64,000 nucleotides of DNA from contig NC_069002.1 in assembly GCF_001194135.2 (NCBI RefSeq), positions 13,322,937 to 13,386,936 of the forward strand. The letters run 5' to 3'. The translations under genes and the position numbers were made by a program. Below, one piece after another: positions 40,323 to 51,335 of this stretch (position 1 is its first letter; every line of letters begins with the position of its first letter). Source of the stretch: Octopus bimaculoides. Its lineage: Eukaryota. The notes below the pieces were generated by a model. It had not been told where the DNA came from. It searched no databases and worked only from the letters and a program-made list of their open reading frames with translations.

Positions 40323-40547
40323 TTACTGTATTGAAAGTGTTTTGCATAGGATGTGTGCAGTGCCCAGTAGTGCAATTTTTTGTCTGTTATATATATTTGT
40401 AAGTCCTGGTGTTTTTGTTATGTATTTGTCTGAATATTTTTTTATTATACCTAAGGCACCTACTATGATAGGAATTGTTTCTGTTTTTAGATTCCACATT
40501 TGAGTTACCTCTATTTCCAGGTCTTTGTATTTTGAAAGTTTCTCCAT
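40323..40547 (-). mobile_element. C-terminal fragment of a REL-endonuclease non-LTR retrotransposon
   Basis: EKLSKYKDLEIEVTQMWNLKTETIPIIVGALGIIKK...QKIALLGTAHILCKTLS shows the same conserved terminus as 3540-3730, in a diverged family. Confidence 0.8.
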
Positions 40548-40634
40548 TTTATTATTATCATTATTATTATTATTATTATTATTATATCCTGTAATGTGGC
40601 TAGTCTGTGAGAGAAAGGTGATTCTCTGTTACAG

Positions 40635-40747
40635 ATGATTACATTGTGGTACAACCAGAGAATTCTGAAACTCTGAGGCGTATTGGTGCCAGAGGCTGCC
40701 CCTGTTTGCTGTATATCTCCCCATATGGAGTGACTTTGGCTCTTCAG
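40635..40747 (+). CDS. Dok/IRS-like docking protein, exon: IRS-type PTB domain N-terminal part
   Basis: Acceptor attctctgttacag|, donor CAG|gtaagc. Translates (D)DYIVVQPENSETLRRIGARGCPCLLYISPYGVTLALQ. Phase 1 in, phase 0 out, consistent with both neighbours. Confidence 0.82.
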
Positions 40748-41093
40748 GTAAGCATCATTTTTCCTTGTCGTTGCTGGTGAGATTATGAAGTATTTGGAAA
40801 ATGATGCATGCGTGTGCGTACGTGTGTGTGTGTGTTAATTAGGTAACTGATCAAGAAGAAATATCTTGAGTTCTGCAAGAAAATTGGAATCTGATTTTAT
40901 CATCTTTAATATTTCTGTTCATTTACTGTTTTTACTAATGTCCGAGTGACATCCCTATTTTAGTTTTTCCGCAGTTGGAATCAAATATAAGACTGTGTGA
41001 TTTATACATGAGTAAATAGAGTATTTATTTATTCATTTATTTATTCACCTTTTTTTTTTGTTTAATTACTTTATCATTATCTTTTTCTGCCAG

Positions 41094-41297
41094 GGTTCAC
41101 TTCGAGTTCTAGCGCAATGGCCTTTGAAGAGCATTCGTTGCTATGAAAGTTCCTACCAAGGACAATTCTCCTTAGAAGCTGGTCGTGTTGCTCCAATGGG
41201 GGATGGTTTATACATTTTTAACACACAGCCAGGTGATGATGACCGTCTCTATGACTTGTTAGATAAACATGTGGTCAATGCTTTACAAAATATTCGG
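41094..41297 (+). CDS. Dok/IRS-like docking protein, exon: IRS-type PTB domain core
   Basis: Acceptor ctttttctgccag|, donor CGG|gtaaga. Translates GSLRVLAQWPLKSIRCYESSYQGQFSLEAGRVAPMGDGLYIFNTQPGDDDRLYDLLDKHVVNALQNIR, matching the Dok/FRS2 pattern WP...IR.Y......FS.EAGR....G.G...F.T. Confidence 0.92.
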
Positions 41298-41461
41298 GTA
41301 AGATTCGTTTTGATGTCGTGGTTTTGGTTTTGATAATTAAAAATGAAATACCATTTACTTTGTCAAGGAAATGTTTGGAATTTCCTATCATTCAAGGTGT
41401 AAAAAAAATAATTAGTAATTGTTTTTATAAACAATCAAGCATGTGCATTTTCTGTGATTTG

Positions 41462-42147
41462 GTTGTTGGCACTCCGTCGCTTACGACGTCGAGAGTTCCA
41501 GTTGATCCGATCAACGGAACAGCCTGCTCGTGAAATTAACATGCAAGTGGCTGAGCACTCCACAGACATGTGTACCCTTGATGTAGTTCTCGGGGATATT
41601 CAGCGTGACACAGTGTGACAAGGCTGACCCTTTGAATTACAGGCACAACAGAAACAGGAAGTAAGAGTGAGAGAAAGTTGTGGTGAAAGAGTACAGCAGG
41701 GTTCGCCACCATCCCCTGCCGGAGCCTCGTGGAGCTTTAGGTGTTTTCACTCAATAAACACTCACAACGCCCGGTCTGGGAATCAAAACCACGATCCTAT
41801 AANNNNNNNNNNGATCAACGGAACAGCCTGCTCGTGAAATTAACATGCAAGTGGCTGAGCACTCCACAGACATGTGTACCCTTGATGTAGTTCTCGGGGA
41901 TATTCAGCGTGACACAGTGTGACAAGGCTGACCCTTTGAATTACAGGCACAACAGAAACAGGAAGTAAGAGTGAGAGAAAGTTGTGGTGAAAGAGTACAG
42001 CAGGGTTCGCCACCATCCCCTGCCGGAGCCTCGTGGAGCTTTAGGTGTTTTCACTCAATAAACACTCACAACGCCCGGTCTGGGAATCAAAACCACGATC
42101 CTATAACCGCGAGTCCGCTGCCCTAACCACTGGGCCATTGCGCCTCC
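41462..42147 (-). mobile_element. Family E SINE assembled twice across a 10-N gap
   Basis: 41513-41801 is repeated essentially identically at 41813-42101 after the gap. The head on the minus strand is GGAGGCGCAATGGCCCAGTGGTTAGGGCAGCGGACTCGCGG. Confidence 0.8.
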
Positions 42148-42163
42148 ACTGTGATTTGGTAAG

Positions 42164-42380
42164 CAGTGCCAATTTTTCAATTCTGTGAATGATAATAATA
42201 TTTTATAAGCTTAAAGCTTATAAGTGATCACCCTGTGTTGACTTAAGAAGATAGTCTAATATTATAATATTGGGGCCCCAATATTAAACTATTTTTTTTA
42301 GTCAATACATGGTGATTGCTAATAAGCTTTAAGCTTATAAAATATTATTATTTACAGAACTAGTAATTGGTTAGACTGAT
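42164..42380. repeat. Imperfect long palindrome
   Basis: Perfect core AATATTGGGGCCCCAATATT at 42266-85. The arms ATAATAATATTTTATAAGCTTAAAGCTTAT...TCACC.TGT.TTGACT are mirrored. Confidence 0.8.
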
Positions 42381-43512
42381 TTTAGAAAAAGTTGCATTCA
42401 GTGCCCCTGGTTCATTAAGGTGTTAATTGGTGCCATAGGTTAATAGAGTTGTTCCCTGCCATAAAGAGTAGAACAAGGGTATTGTATAGTTATTGGAAAC
42501 CATGTCTGGTCATGACTCATGCCCTATACATGTTTTCATGGAAGTGGAGCACAATGCAGGTGTTTTGGATTACTGGATCCTGTCAAAGCATCCAACCCAT
42601 GCCAGCAGGAATATAGACATTAAATGATGATGATGATGATGATGATGATAATGACTAGCAACAAGGAACTGGATCTGTGATGATGATGCTCGTTTACAAC
42701 TATCATATGATATCAATGCAATACAACTATCATATGATATCAATGCAATGATATGCACATACATTGATATCAATGTATGTGCATATCACACATGCACATA
42801 CCCAATGGGCTTCTTTCAGTTTCTGTGTACCAAATCTATTCATGAGGCTTTGGTCAGTCTGGGGCTAATGTAGAAGACACTTGCTCTAAAAACCATGTGG
42901 TGGAACTGAATCCGAAGCCATGAGGTTTGGAAGTGAAATTCTTACTCACAGCCATGCCTGTTCTATGTCTAAAATCAAGGCATGATGGTCATGGCCAGAA
43001 TGCTTTTAGTGATAAGTCTGCTCAGTCAGGATTGAATTGAGTTCTAATCAATAATTATATATTTTCTGAAATACAATTAGAACATATTGGACAATGTACT
43101 CTTAGATCCACTATGGCTGAAATGTCTTTGTAATCTATTGGGGTTGAGTGGGATTTACCCCCTTTTGTTCTGTTGAGTTCTTCTGTCTTTGTTTCAGTTA
43201 ATTTTGGAAACAATTAAGAATTTAATGAAATAATCTTCATTGTCAAGCTGGTGTTTGGAAACTGAATTAATAAGAAATTTTGGCAGAAGCTTTTAATTTT
43301 GATCACTTTAAAACGGGAAGTTTGTATTTTAAAACCAGACAATCTCAAGTATGTTTGGTATCAAAAGGCATTTAAGCAATAACAATCATTATGCTTATTA
43401 TAAGTGTAACAAATTGATAATGGAAAAAAACTTGTATTTCAATTCTGTATATTATTTGTTTTCTTTGCATTTTGTTGTTTATTTTTCATAGTTTTTGTTT
43501 TTCATCCCTCAG

Positions 43513-43663
43513 CCTGGTCAACAATTTTCTCACCATATTGAAGAATATGCCTTAGAAACGAAACAACTTCAGTCTCTCACTCAATTTTCCATCTGTACAC
43601 AACACCAAGAAGAAATACCTCGAATTTTGCAGGAAAACTGGAATCTTGTTTTACCATCTTTTG
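43513..43663 (+). CDS. Dok/IRS-like docking protein, exon: post-PTB linker
   Basis: Acceptor gtttttgtttttcatccctcag|, donor TTTG|gtaaat. Translates PGQQFSHHIEEYALETKQLQSLTQFSICTQHQEEIPRILQENWNLVLPSF. Phase 0 in, phase 1 out, which is needed to keep the frame into the last exon. Confidence 0.7.
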
Positions 43664-44600
43664 GTAAATGTTTCTTTACTCTTCTACTAGTTTCAGTCTT
43701 TTGACTTGCTGGCCATACTGGGGCAATGCATTTGAGTCATTCAGCCAATCATATTGATCCTAGTATTTGGGCCTCCATTGTTTGATAATGATGACCTATG
43801 TCAACCTCTCCTTCATTGGACACAAAACTCTGCTTGCGAAGACCTGTTGGGGCAAGAGAAATCGAAATCGAACCATATTCGATGACTGGCTCCTGCGCCA
43901 GTGGAGTACTAACAGCACTGTCCGAGCATGTTCATTGCCAGAGCAGCTGCCTGGCTTCCGTGCTAGTGACCCGTAAATAGCACCATTTGAGCGTAATCGT
44001 TACCAGCGTCGCCTTCTAGCATTTGTGCTGGTGGCACGTTAGAAAATCATTCGAGCGAGGTCGTTGCCAGTGCCGCTGGACTGGCTCCTGTGCAGGTGGC
44101 ATGTAAAAAACACCTTTTGAGCGAGGCTGTTGCCAGTACCGTGCGACTGGCCCTCATGCCGGTGGCATGTAAAAGCACCCACTACACTCTCAGAGTGGTT
44201 GGCGTTAGGAAGGGCATCCAGCTGTAGAAACTCTGCCAGATCAGATTGGAGCCTGGTGAAGCCATCTGGTTCACCAGTCCTCAGTCAAATCGTCCAACCC
44301 ATGCTAGCATGGAAAGCGGACGTTAAACAATGATGATGATGGTACTGCTACCATATTTTTACTATCAGTTTTTGTTCTTTAATCCATTCATTTTTAATTC
44401 ATTTTCCTAGGAAAACACTTGTCCCTTCATCATTTCGTTTTTCAAGGAAAACACTTTCATTTTTTTGCAAACTAAATCACTTCTCTTTCATTTTAGACAA
44501 AATAAACACTTATTTCAATGGCCTAGATGACCTTACACACTTACCTTCCTATATAGATTCCATTATAATTGACAATTGATGTTATCTTTTAATATATCTA

Positions 44601-45757
44601 CAGGGGTTGGAAAAAATTATAGAAATACCTAACATCATAGCATCATAATTTTGAAATATCTATAAAACCATCAAAGGCTTGTTTATTTTTATGTTTTTTG
44701 ATTTATTATTAGTGTTGCTTAATATGTTTTGCTAAAATTGCTGTTTCTCTTCAGATATCATCAGAAAAAGATAATTAAAATTCATTAAAATGACAGATCA
44801 ATCGGACTTTCAGAGGGGTCAAATCGTTGGTGGACGTATGGCAGGCGCTAGCGTAACGAAAACAGACAAAATCTTTGGTGTATCAACAAGTACTGTTTCG
44901 AAAGTAATGACAACCTTTGAGAAAGAGAGAAAAACATCCTCGTCGAAACAAAACTCCGGAAGAACACCAAAAGTGACTCTTACGTGAATTGTTAGAAAGG
45001 ATCACAGAAGTACAGCTCCCAGAATTACTGCAGAGCTTAATGACCACCTCGAGAACCCAGTTTCCACAAAAATTGTTCGCTGGGAGCTGCACAAAGCCGG
45101 ATTTAACGGGAGAGCTGCAATCAGAAAACCACTACTTTCAAAAGCAAACATTGCAAAGTGTTTAGAGTGGAGTAAAAAACTACAGAATTGGTCCCTAGAG
45201 CAGTGGAAGAATGTTATTTTCTTGGACGAGTCATCCTTTACCTCATTTTCCGACCACTGTGTAGAGACAGCCAAAAGAAGCATTTGACCCAGACTGTCTT
45301 CTTCCAACTGTTAAACATGGAGGAAAATCTGTGATGACCTGGGGAGGCTATATCTTGGAAATCCGCCGGCCTAATGGTTTCCCTTCATGGCAGAATTAAT
45401 AGTGAAGACTATTTAAGCATTTTATCTGATCAAATTCATCCTATGGTTGTGGAAGGAAACGTAAGCTTTCAGGATGATAACGCACCAGTTCAAATAGCTA
45501 AAGTTGTTACTGTATGGCTTGAGGAACATCTTATCTGGTCACCACAGTCCCCAGATCTCAATATCATTGAGCATTTATGGTTCATTTTAGAAAAACAAGT
45601 AAGGAGTCAGTATCCTGCACCATCATCACTACAAGAACTGGAGACTGTTTTAGCTGAAGAATGGACAAAAATTCCTTCGGAAACAATTCAAACTTTGTAT
45701 GAGTCCATACAAATTTGTTTGAAATTTTAATGTTTCCATTATTTTGTCCAACCACTG
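44601..45757 (+). mobile_element. Degenerate Tc1 transposon with short TIRs
   Basis: Left end TA|CAGGGGTTGGAAAAAATTATAGAAA. Right end reverse complement TA|CAGTGGTTGGACAAAATAATGGAAA. The transposase at 44790-45730 reads MTDQSDFQRGQIVGGRMAGASVTKT...FLDESSF...FQDDNAP...WSPQSPDLNIIEHLW. It is frameshifted, and the D-E spacing of 30 is probably due to a small deletion. Confidence 0.92.
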
Positions 45758-46799
45758 TATGTGTGTGTGTATCAATATGTCTCCATGTGATGCAATAATG
45801 TTATCATGTCATCCTTTTATTATTTTCTAAAGCAACTATTACAAACCAAAATGAAGTAAAAACCTGAAATGTCTGTTTGAATAAACATTTGTTCATTTAT
45901 ATATCCATTTGATTCGATGTCCTTTCTGCCAAATATCCATCAGTATGCTCTATAAGAGGTGGGTTCCACGTGAGTATGTTGACCCAGAACCCAGAGAGCC
46001 AAGGAAGGAAGGAAGGAGCTGGAGGCCTGTGAATATCTGTCAGGTCTAGCCTCTAAAAAAGAAATGTAAATAAAACACCCCCTTCCAGATTTTGAGAGAA
46101 CACCCCCAGCACTCCTCTGGAGCCCTGAAAGGCTGTCATGCCCCAGTTTGCAAAATTTCTCTTAGAGGCCCTGTCCATTAGTCAAATGTCTGTCAGGCAA
46201 ACATTCCACTTGTCATCTGTCAGCTTCCTGTCAGCCAACCATCTATCATTTATCTGTACATCTGTTTGTTGGCTGAACATCCAGCAGTCATCTGGCTGGA
46301 TTGTTAAGTAGTTTCACTTCACATCCAGATGGTTCCAGGTTCAATCAAACAAAATGGTACTTAGGGCAACTGTCTTCATACATACATGTGTATATCTGGG
46401 TGTGTGTCCTTATCTTAAATACCCCTAGGGCTGTAGTAGTATTTATTTATGACTCCCACCTTCCACCAACCAAAACTTCCCATTTGGATGTTTGACATGT
46501 GCAGACCACTGGAATAAATTACTATACTTAAAAACCAGTAAAGGTTGCCATCAGAAAGAGCATCCAACTGTACATTATTATATGTAGGTCATTAAAATAT
46601 ACTGTATATGACTATAAAATAAATTTTGTGGATGTACAAGTCTCCATACTCTTCACTATTATTAGTAATATACACACACATACATATGCATTCTTATATC
46701 TGGTTCTTTATATTTCCATTATACAATAATGTATATTTCAATAAATCATACTTTGGTAAATTACAGACATCAACTAACGAATTTCTTCTTACATTACAG

Positions 46800-46842
46800 T
46801 GCCAGTACGACCACCCTCGACTCGACCAGACTTTCTTGCCAA
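46800..46842 (+). CDS. Dok/IRS-like docking protein, 43-nt exon
   Basis: Acceptor atttcttcttacattacag|, donor CAA|gtaagt. In the inferred frame it reads (V)PVRPPSTRPDFLA(N). 151+43 nt gives phase 2, exactly matching the last-exon acceptor. Confidence 0.7.
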
Positions 46843-47024
46843 GTAAGTTGTTATTAGTATCATTTAATTGTTACTCTATACTCTATGCTTGACTGTTCCA
46901 GTAGTTGTAACTTTAACCATCATGGATTTTGTTTTGATACTTTGTCACAGTTATGTTACCAAGCTTTACCAGTTGTGACGGAAGTTTAAGATTCGTGACG
47001 TGAGTTTTGTAGTTGTTACATTCG

Positions 47025-47368
47025 TTGTTGTTGTTGGCACTCTGTCGCTTACGACAGCCTGCTCGTGAAATTAACGTGCAAGTGGCTGAGCACTCCACAG
47101 ACACGTGTACCCTTAACATAGTTCTCGGAGATATTCAGCGTGACACAGTGTGACAAGGCTGACCCTTTGAATTACAGGCACAACGGAAACAGGAAGTAAG
47201 AATGAGAGAAAGTTGTGGTGAAAGAGTACAGCAGGGTTCGCCACCATCCCCTGCCGGAGCCTCATAGAGCTTTAGGTGTTTTCGCTCAATAAACACTCAC
47301 AACGCCCGGTCTGGGAATCGAAACCGCGATCCTATGACCATGAGTCCGCTGCCCTAACCACTGGGCTT
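47025..47368 (-). mobile_element. Family E SINE with a small internal deletion
   Basis: Same sequence as the 41462/41813 copies but lacking the segment between CTTACGAC and AGCCTGCTCG. Confidence 0.8.
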
Positions 47369-47711
47369 CCTCACATTTGTAACCTGACAAAATACTGTTT
47401 GTAATTTGGTAACTAAGTAACTGTAACATGGTAACTTAGATGTAATGCATCAATTTGCCAGTTGCAACTTGGTGTCTTAACAGTTGTTCAGTGGAAACAT
47501 GGCAATTGTAACAAACTTTACAAATGTATCATGGCAACTTAGCAGAGAGACAGCAATAACTTAATAGGACATAACATTGTATTTTAATAGATGTAATCTT
47601 GTAACTTAGCAGGTATGTGATTTCTTAAGCTATATTTTTGTAACCTTTGAGGCAGATATTGTTTTTAATGCTGTACTGCCCCATCTCCCATCCCATCCCA
47701 TCCCATTTCAG

Positions 47712-47748
47712 GCTGGCTTTGATGATGGAACATATCAATCACGTGCAG
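47712..47748 (+). other. Candidate 37-nt alternative (frame-shifting) exon
   Basis: Acceptor cccatcccatttcag|, donor GCAG|gtaatc. It is not required by the in-frame model. Confidence 0.35.
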
Positions 47749-48597
47749 GTAATCAATTGAATAATTCCATGTGATCGATGAGTCTATTTATTGTTCCACT
47801 GATACCAAGACAGGAAATCACTTTCTTTCAATCAAAGAATGAACTCCCCCCACCCCGTCCACTTGGCCATTGTTCTTTGTTTTGTCTTTTCACCCATAAT
47901 TTTTACCGATCAGTGCCTTTAATCTACCAAAAAATCAACACTTGTTCTAAAGGTTGTGTAGTCCTGAGGTCTTGAGCTAAGTACTCTATCTCTCTCTCTC
48001 TACTTTGTGTGTGTGTGTGTGGGGGGGGATTGCAGGTGAGTTGTCTCACCTGTCTACGACCTTCAGGTGTTTTAATACCAAGTGCTATGAGGGAGTCGCC
48101 CCCAGAGTGCTGTACTGCAGCGAACCCGCAAAACACATACATTAAGTGTGCGCTGTTGATAAAATGTGTGTGTGTGTGTGTGTGTGATAGAAATCCATTG
48201 TAATGTTTTTTGCATGCTAACCCAACACTGCAAGTAATCTGTCACTTAGGCAATGCTCCCACTGGTTACACTAGTGAATTGTACTGATTTATCAGCCAGG
48301 TAGATGTGCTGTAGAGATTGAGGCATCTTTCTGTATGGTGGTGTACGTACTGTTCCTTTGATGAACAATAACTGTTAAAATAACTGACCCAATACATCTT
48401 GGGTTATTCAGTTTCACCCACCAGAGTTCTAAACCAAAATCTATCTGAGTCAATTTTGCTGAATACCAGATTACAGACACCCCTCCACCCATTATTGTAC
48501 TAATACAAGAAATTATTGTTGTAGTTGCTAACAATTTTTTTTGTCAATTCTTTAATAATACAACGGAAATAAATTTTTTATTGTTTTTTCTTTTCAG

Positions 48598-49891
48598 CTT
48601 CGGCAGCAATCAGCTTCCACCACCTTTACCCATACGTTCCATAAACACCACATCAACCGAAGTCCTTACTTCTTCACCAGATGCATTTGTCCCAGATTTC
48701 CGGTCCCTTCGACTAAAATCTCCTAACAGCGAAGCTCCACTTGAAAGCAACTCTCTCGACAATTCCAATCAAAGTGTGCCTGATTTCGTCTCAAATGGTC
48801 GCACTGGCTACATGTATCCCTCTGGCCAACAGATGTTAAGACATTCCCAGAGTTTGTCCAGTCCAGAACAGGACTCGCTGTTAAACGTATTTGAGTCTTC
48901 GCCAGAAAACAACGAGGGGTACTTGACAGCTTGTCTAAAAAAGAACAACACAGACGGGGATCCAACCTGCAACTCCGAGAGTAATAATCTCAACAAATCA
49001 CAAAACAGCTTACGAAGACGAAGTCGACTAAAATCACGCAGTTGTGAAGATTTGAATTCCTACATCAAAATGTCTGCATTAAAAGATTCTAATCCGGGAA
49101 CATCAGACTGCAAAACAGAGCCAAAGAAGGATAACAGGGAAAATGCAGCTGTCAAACCCCCAGTGCCTTTCCCACGATTGCAAAATCTTCGCAGCAGTCT
49201 ATACTGTGACAGCAATGGACTCAACAATTTTCGCGCTGCTTCTGTTTATTATGGCAACATTACCAAGAAGAAAAATGGTGTTTATGAACCAGCAAACCCA
49301 GGTGTTTCAGAACTTCGGCAGATCTTCGATGGCGGCGAGAAGAAGATGCGTAAATCAGTTTCAAATCCAAATTTCTTTAATATCTCAAGTAAAGACAACT
49401 CCGTGTGTCCCATGGCGTTCGCTCCAGAGCCAAGCCCCCTCGGAACCAGCAACAAAAACAAGTCTACCCATAAATCGTGGAGAAACCTATTTGCAGACCG
49501 GCGGCGCAGGTCAAACCATGACAACCAGCAGAACAACAACAACCATCACAAAAACAACAACAACAACAACAATAATAATAACAACAACAACAACAACACT
49601 AATTCCTCAGCTACAACAGATGAAGGCCCTTACTTGAATGAATCTGTCCTTTCACGTCCTGCAAATAAAAGACGATCGAGCAGTTTCAGCAAGAAGTCTT
49701 CCCAGAATTACCAAGCAACCAGTTCTCAGGTGATGGATACCTACGGTACCGGAGGCATGAAAGGTGTTCGAATGACGCCTAAAACTCGATCTTACCGAAG
49801 ACTAAAGAGTGAGAGTAGTGCTTCGTATCCCAATAAATCTCCACTGAAAGAAGCCACTCCACCTCTAGCATCAGTGGAATCTCTTTGTTGA
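48598..49891 (+). CDS. Dok/IRS-like docking protein, last coding exon (disordered Ser/Asn-rich tail with SH2/SH3 ligand motifs)
   Basis: Acceptor ttgttttttcttttcag|, phase 2. The open frame of about 430 codons ends VESLC*. It contains PPPLPIR, KPPVPFPR, YIKM (49061), YYGN (49247), YLNE (49631), YPNK (49826) and a poly-Asn tract (about 49531-49600). Confidence 0.85.
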
Positions 49892-50833
49892 CAACTCTTC
49901 TTCCATCATGTATGATGGCAAACATAAAAGACAAACAACTGTGGATGCATGTGTGTGTGTGTGTGTGAAAGTGTTTGCATGAGTCTGTGTGTACATATGT
50001 ATATCTGTGTGTGTGTGTATGTATTTCCCCTCTAACAGTCTTTTCCTCCAAAATTCTATTCTGTAGATAAAACTGCCAACAAACAAGCAAAAAAAAAAAT
50101 CAGAAGCTGTAAAAAGAAATGAAAATATATTCATACACACATATATATATACTCTCTCTCTCTCGCTCGCTCTATCCATATCTCTCTGAAATTGATCGGA
50201 AGTCTGTGGCCATCTGAGGGCTGTTGAAACCGTTGAAACTCTCATCTATATTAAAAACACCCAGCATTTATAATTTTTCATATTTTCAAATGCAGTGCCT
50301 TGATCTATTTTAGTGCCTTATGTCTCCAACTCCAATTATTATCTCACTGGCAAACTGACTTTGCACCAGTTTTCATTTCTCCAAGTGAAGAATACTTGTA
50401 ATTTACTGGGGTAGTAGGTGGGAAGGAGACTCTAGACTTCTGATTGTGTCTCTTTTCTGACGTAAAAAAAAAAAAAAGGGATAACATGGTACCTGGGGAA
50501 GAAAACAAAAAAAGAATGAAGACTAAAAATTGAAAACAAAAATAAAAATCTGCAAGTTCTGTTGAGAAAATTAGAGACGAGCTTTTCTCTCTCTTTCTCT
50601 CAGAAAACTTCGACCTATTTTTATTTGATGGTTATTTTGTTTGTCTATTTTTGTATTGCAATTTGGTGATCAATTTACATATCATTGGTTTCAATGGATT
50701 AATCACTGCTTTGTTACTTTTTGCCACCAGAAATATAATAATGGAATGTGTGCAACTGGGAGAAGCACATATTTACATTATTTCACCAATATATGTTCAT
50801 GAAAGTGTAAACATACATACGGATATAGATATA

Positions 50834-51044
50834 CAAAGGGGTGCTGAAAAGTTCCTGCCTTTGGGTAAAAGAAAACACAGGAAGTTCAGTTAATTATGAT
50901 TTTGTTCAACATATTCCCCTCTCAGATTCACACACTTATTGCAGTGGTCCTTCAGTTTTTCTAAGCCCTGTAAAAGAACTTGGAAGGTTGGGTCTCCAAC
51001 CAGGCCTTTTGCAATACCCTTAAAGCCTTTTCAGTGCCCCCTCG
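50834..51044. mobile_element. mariner-derived MITE (copy 2)
   Basis: Left end TA|CAAAGGGGTGCTGAAAAG. Right end reverse complement TA|CGAGGGGGCACTGAAAAG. Homologous to 27667-27868. Confidence 0.78.
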
Positions 51045-51335
51045 TACATCTATTCATACACATACATAGATGTATGCATACATATGGATATACACCTACT
51101 CACACAAGTTATTCAAGGTGTATGCATACATATATATATATACATATTTTCATTTTCATTTTATCTAGTTTCAGCTCATGANNNNNNNNNNNNNNNNNNN
51201 NNNNNNNNNNNNNNNNNNNNNNNNNNNNNNNNNNNNNNNNNNNNNNNNNNNNNNNNNNNNNNNNNNNNNNNNNNNNNNNNNATATGTATTTCATATATGT
51301 ATTTCATATACATATATATATATATATATGTGTGT

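Noticed and set aside
41513-42101. Apparent tandem SINE dimer; likewise the duplications at 38690-38790 and 27895-27960
   Set aside because: The copies are identical and flank a 10-N gap, which is typical of unmerged contig overlap (assembly artefact).
42075-42147. tRNA-like sequence with A and B boxes (also the heads of SINE families A and C)
   Set aside because: It runs straight into a SINE body present in several copies and has no closing acceptor stem, so it is not called a tRNA gene.
47778-47975. ORF containing ELPPPRP and IYQKI; 47814-47968 plus 47712-48 would be an in-frame 192-nt pair
   Set aside because: The acceptor and donor (GAG|GTCTTG) are weak, and the middle is a pyrimidine tract. 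It is too speculative without RNA data.
48294-48305. Possible 4-nt microexon (tcag|CCAG|gtag) and an AG|GT recursive-like site at about 48035
   Set aside because: Not needed for the frame, there is no polypyrimidine support, and such motifs arise by chance.
48723-49637. Overlapping alternative-frame and antisense ORFs in the last exon
   Set aside because: They are shadows of the main ORF and the AAC repeat, with no independent support.
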